Assembly (NCBI GenBank): GCA_038087875.1
Contig: JAXLNO010000645.1
Coordinates: 62,001 to 126,000, forward strand
Origin: Malacoraja senta
Lineage: Eukaryota
Length of the DNA stretch: 64,000 bases
Direction of reading: 5' to 3'
Part shown: positions 59,701 through 64,000 of the stretch, one piece after another
How positions within the stretch are numbered: the stretch's first letter is position 1
How the letters are laid out: every line of letters starts with the position of its first letter
Notes under the pieces: generated by a model
Seen by the model: only the letters and a program-made list of their open reading frames with translations
Database searches by the model: none
What the model was told of the DNA's origin: nothing
Translations under genes and position numbers: made by a program

Positions 59701-61297
59701 CACATTTACTTTTCACCTTGCTACCTATTGCTTCCGCCCTCATTTTGCACCCCTCTGTTTCTCTGCTCGCCCATTTAAGAACCCCACCACCTCTTATTCT
59801 CTGTTTATTATTGTTTTCTTCTTTCCCCCCTACATGTTGGGTCTGAGTGCTTTCCTTCTCTGCCTCCTGCCTCACACACTGTCTAATAGCATTCTCTATT
59901 TGAGTCCCTCCCCCCAACCATTCTAGTTTAAAGTCTCCCCGGTAGCCTTTGCAGATCTCCCCGCCAGGATATCGGTCCCCCTCAGGTTCAAGTGCAACCC
60001 ATCCTTTTTGTACAGGTCGATCCTTCCACAAAAGAGGTCCCAATGATCCAGAAATTTGAATCCCTGCCTTCTGCACCAGTCCTTCAGCCACGCATTTATC
60101 CTCCACCTCGCTCCATTCCTACTCTCACTGTCGCGTGGCACAGGCAGTAATCCCGAGATTGTTACCTTTGCTGTCCTTCTCTTTAACTCCCCTCCTAACT
60201 CCCTAAATTCTCCTTTCAGGACCTCTTCTCTTTTTTTACCTATGTCATTGGTACCTATATGTATCACGACTTCGGGCTCCTCTCCCTGCCCTTTCAGGAT
60301 GTCTTGGACACGTTGAGACACATCACAGACCCTGGCACCAGGGAGGCAAACTACCATCCGGGTCTCCCGACTGCGTCCACAGAATCGCCTGTCTGACCCC
60401 CTAACTATAGAGTCCCCTATTAATATTGCCCTCCTCTTCTTTTCCTTACCCTTCTGAGCAACAGGACCGGTCTCTATACCGGAGGCCCGGCCGCTGTCGC
60501 TACCCCCAGGTAGGCTGTCCACCCCAACAGTGCTCAAACAGGAGTACTTATTGTCAAGGTGTACAGCCACCGGGGTACTCTCTAGTCCCTGCCTGTGCCC
60601 CTTGCCTCTCCCAACCGTGATCCACTTGCCTGCCTCCTGTGGTGTTGGAGGTCATCGAGCTGCTGCTCCAGGTTCCTAATACGGTCCATTAGGAGCCCCA
60701 TCTCGATACACCTGACGCAGATGTGGAAGTCTGGAGGGCTATCAGACTCCATGACTTCCCACATCTGACATCCAGAACAGTAAACTGCCCTGGCCCTCAT
60801 ACACCCTTACCCTGGATAGAATATAAAACAAACTGCTACAATACAAAACAAACTACTACAATACAAAACAAACTGCTACAATACAAAACAAACTGATACA
60901 ATACAAAACAAACTGCTACAATACAGTACAATCAGCAGGGATCTGACTCCCAATCAGCTGCTCCCTCTTGTCTGCGTCCACCAATCAGGGGCTTCCTCAA
61001 ACCCACTTGTTTTTGAAGTGGAACTTGGAACGTTACAGATTTGGGTTCCTTTTTAACTCCTACCGCTCGGGTGTAGCTCCTCCCTCTGCGATCTCTCCAA
61101 CGGCTCTTGGGCCTCTGTAAGGAACAAGCCCCGCGCTCCTTTTTAACTCCTACCGCTCGGGTGTAGCTCCTCCCTCTGCGATCTCTCCAATGGCTCTTGG
61201 GCCTCTGTAAGGAACAAGCCCCGCGCTCCTTTTTAACTCCTACCGGTCGTGTGTAGCTCCTCCCTCTGCGATCTCTCCAATGGCTCTTGGGCCTCTG
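56717..61297 (-). mobile_element. Full-length CR1 LINE (family A, copy 2), disrupted
   Basis: Highly similar to 16597-21348. ORF1 broken by a ~60-bp deletion between CTCC microhomologies (~60650); ORF2 has small deletions near 57080-57135; 90-bp 5' monomers at 61051, 61141, 61231. Confidence 0.96.
56810..60106 (-). pseudogene. CR1 ORF2 with a C-terminal frameshift
   Basis: 993-aa ORF (57125-60106) plus 89-aa ORF (56810-57079) together match the 1099-aa ORF2 of copy 1. Confidence 0.9.
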
Positions 61298-64000
61298 ATG
61301 TTTCGTCGCTTTTCGCATGCTGAATTTTCGTCGCTTTTTGTGTGCTGAAATTTCGGCACTTGTCGTCTGCTGAAAATTCGTCGCTTTTCATGTTCTGAAA
61401 TTTCGTCGCTTAATGCGTCCTGTAATTTCGTCACTTTTTGCATGCTGATTTTTTCATCGCTTTTTGTGTGCTGAAATTTCGTCGCTTTTAGTATGCTGAA
61501 ATTTCGTTGTTTTTCACGTCCTGAAATGTCTTCACTTTTCGCGTGCTGAATTCTCGTCGCTTTTTGCGTGCTTAATTTTTGTCGCTTTTCATGTTCTGAA
61601 ATTTCGTCACTTTTTGCGAGCTGAATTTTCATAGTTTTTCATGTGCTGATATTTCATCGCTTTTCACGTCCTGAAATCACGTCATTTTTGGTGGGCTGAA
61701 TTTTTGTTGCTTCTCGCCCTGCTAAATTTTCGTTACTTTTCACATGCTGAATTTTTGTCACTTTTCACATGCTGAATTATCGTCGCTTTTTGTGTCCTGA
61801 AGGTTCGTCACTTTTAACGTGCTGAATTTTCATTGCTTTTCACAGGCTGAATTTTCGTCCATTTTCGTGTGCTGAAATTTCGTCGCCTTTCATGTCCTGA
61901 AATTTCGTCGCCTTTCACATCCTGAAATATCGTCACATTAATCATCCTGATATTACATCGCTTTTCGTGTGCTGAATTTTTGTCGATTTTTGCATGCAGA
62001 ACTTTTGTCGCTTTTTGCCTCCTGAAGGTTTGTCGCTTTACGCGTGTTGAATTTTTGTCACTTTACATGTGCTGAATTTTCATTGATTTTAACGTCCTGA
62101 AGGTTCCTCTCTTTTAGGCTGCTGAATTTTCGTCGCTTTTCCTGTGCTGAAATTTCGCCGCTTTTCAGGTTCTGAAATATCGTCGCTTTATGAATCCTGA
62201 TGTTTTATCGCTTTATTCGTCCTGATGTTTTGTCGCTTTTCGCATGCTGAATTTTCGTCGCTTTTTGTGTGCTGAAATTTCGGCACTTGTCGTCTGCTGA
62301 AAATTCGTCGCTTTTCATGTTCTGAAATTTCGTCGCTTAATGCGTCCTGTAATTTCGTCACTTTTTGCATGCTGATTTTTTCATCGCTTTTTGTGTGCTG
62401 AAATTTCGGCGCTTTTCGTGTGCTGATATTTTGTAGCGTTTCACGTCCTTAAATTTCGTCACTTTTGTCGTGCTGAATTTTCGTCGCTTTTCACGTTCTG
62501 AAGGATTGTCGCTTTTCGCATGCTGAAATTTCGTCGCTTTTCGCATGGTGAATTTTCGTCGCTTTTAGTATGCTGAAATTTCATCGCCTTTCATGTCCTG
62601 AAATTTCGTCGCCTTTCACATCCTGAAATTTCGTCGCATTATTCGTCCTGATATTACATCGCTTTTCGCGTGCTGAATTTTTGTCGATTTTTGCATGCAG
62701 AATTTTTGTCGCTGTTTGTGTGCTTAATTTTCATCGCTTTTCGCGTCTTGAAGGTTTGTCGCTTTTCGCATGCTGAATTTTCGTCGCTTTTCACGTGCTG
62801 AAATTTCGTCGGCTTTCATCTCCTGAAATTTCGTCGCCTTTCACGTCCTGAAATTTCGTTGCTTTATTCGTCCTGATATTACGTCGCTTTTCACGTGCTG
62901 AATTTTTGTTGTTTTTTGCATGCTTAATTTTCATCGTTTTTCGCGTCTTGAACGTTTGTTGCTTTTCGAATTCTGAATTTTCGTCGCTTTTCGTGTGTTG
63001 AAATATCGCCGCTTTTCACGTTATGAAATTTCGCCGCTTTTCACGTTCTGAAATTTAGTCGCTTTATGCATCCTGATGTTTCGTCAGTTTTCGAATGCTG
63101 AATTTTCGTCACTTTTTGGGTGCTGAAATTTCGGCACCTTTCGTGCGTTGAAATTTCATCGCATTACATGTTCTGAAATTTCCACACTTTTGGCGTGCTG
63201 AATTTTCGTCGCTTTTCAAATCCTGAAGGATCGTCGCTTTTCACGTCCTGAAGGATCGTCGCTTTTCACGTGCTGAATTTTCGTCGCCTAATTTGTCCGG
63301 ATATTATGTCGCTTTTCGCATGCTGAATTTTTGTCGCTTTTTGCATGCTGAATTTTCGTCGCATTTCGCATGCTTAATTTTCGTCGCTTTTTGCGTGCTA
63401 AATTTTCGTCGCTTGTAAGGTTATGAAATTTATTCACTTCGCGTGCGGAATTTCCATCGCTTTTCGCCTCCTGAAGGTTTGTCGCTTTACGCGTGCTGAA
63501 TTTTTGTCACTTTACAAGTGCTGAAATTCCGTCGCTTTTCCTGTGCTGAAATTTCGCCGCTTTTCAGGTTCTGAAATATCGTCGCTTTATGAGTCCTGAT
63601 GTTTTATCGCTTTATTCGTCCTGTAGTTTCGTTGCTTTTTGCATGCTGATTTTTTTCGTTGCTTTTTGTGTGCTGAAATTTCGGCGCTTTTCGTGTGCTG
63701 ATATTTTGGCGCTTTTCACATCCTTAAATTTCGTCACTTTTGTCGTGCTGAATTTTCCTCGCTTTTCACGTCCTGAAGGATTGTCGCTTTTCGCATGCTG
63801 AAATTTCGTCGCTTTTCGCATGGTGAATTTTCGTCGCTTTTAGTATGCTGAAATTTCGTCGTTTTTCACGTCCTGAAATTTCTTCACTTTTCGCGTGCTC
63901 AATGTTCGTCGCTTTTTGCGTGCTTAATTTTTGTCGCTTTTCATGTTCTGAAATTTCGTCACTTTTTGCGTGCTGAATTTTCATCGTTTTTCGTGTGCTG
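61298..64000. repeat. 25-bp satellite array (continues off the right edge)
   Basis: Continuous 25-bp periodicity; resumes in register with 56716. Confidence 0.97.

Noticed and set aside
42134..61297. Orientation or target preference of CR1 for the satellite (all three copies on minus)
   Set aside because: Only two independent insertions, at different monomer positions; too few to infer targeting.
60932..61632. 128-130 aa ORFs at the 5' end of CR1 copy 2
   Set aside because: Read-through of satellite into the 90-bp monomers; the 94-bp monomers of copy 1 do not preserve the frame.
32501..64000. Dozens of Lys/Arg-rich or Phe-rich short ORFs (also at 349-1028 and 11092-11310)
   Set aside because: They are translations of the 25-bp satellite (25-aa periodicity), with no gene structure.

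Overview
Eukaryotic repeat-dense DNA, most likely from a cartilaginous fish (skate/ray-like; inferred from HE1-type V-SINEs, CR1 tails and Penelope repeats). About half the window is a CpG-rich 25-bp satellite (consensus GTGCTGAATTTTCGTCGCTTTTCGC; 1-997 and 32.5-64 kb) interrupted by three CR1 LINE copies. Between the satellite blocks lies a ~31.5-kb island of nested retroelements: three DIRS1-type tyrosine-recombinase elements, a full-length CR1, a Gypsy inside an RTE, an L1, Penelope relics with degenerate hammerhead ribozymes, and SINEs. The only host-gene signal is at 7.6-9.7 kb. It is a 124-bp exon encoding a PRDM9-type ancestral KRAB domain, within an old inverted duplication centred on a mirror-symmetric CpG-rich promoter, with a second truncated KRAB exon pointing the other way (a head-to-head PRDM9-like pair). 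Other notable points: the full-length CR1 family looks like an in-frame chimera of two CR1 lineages and carries tandem 5' monomers; a variant satellite block sits exactly inside a Penelope hammerhead stem; and a ~10-kb satellite+CR1 block has been duplicated. Family assignments come from motif recognition by eye, not from database searches.
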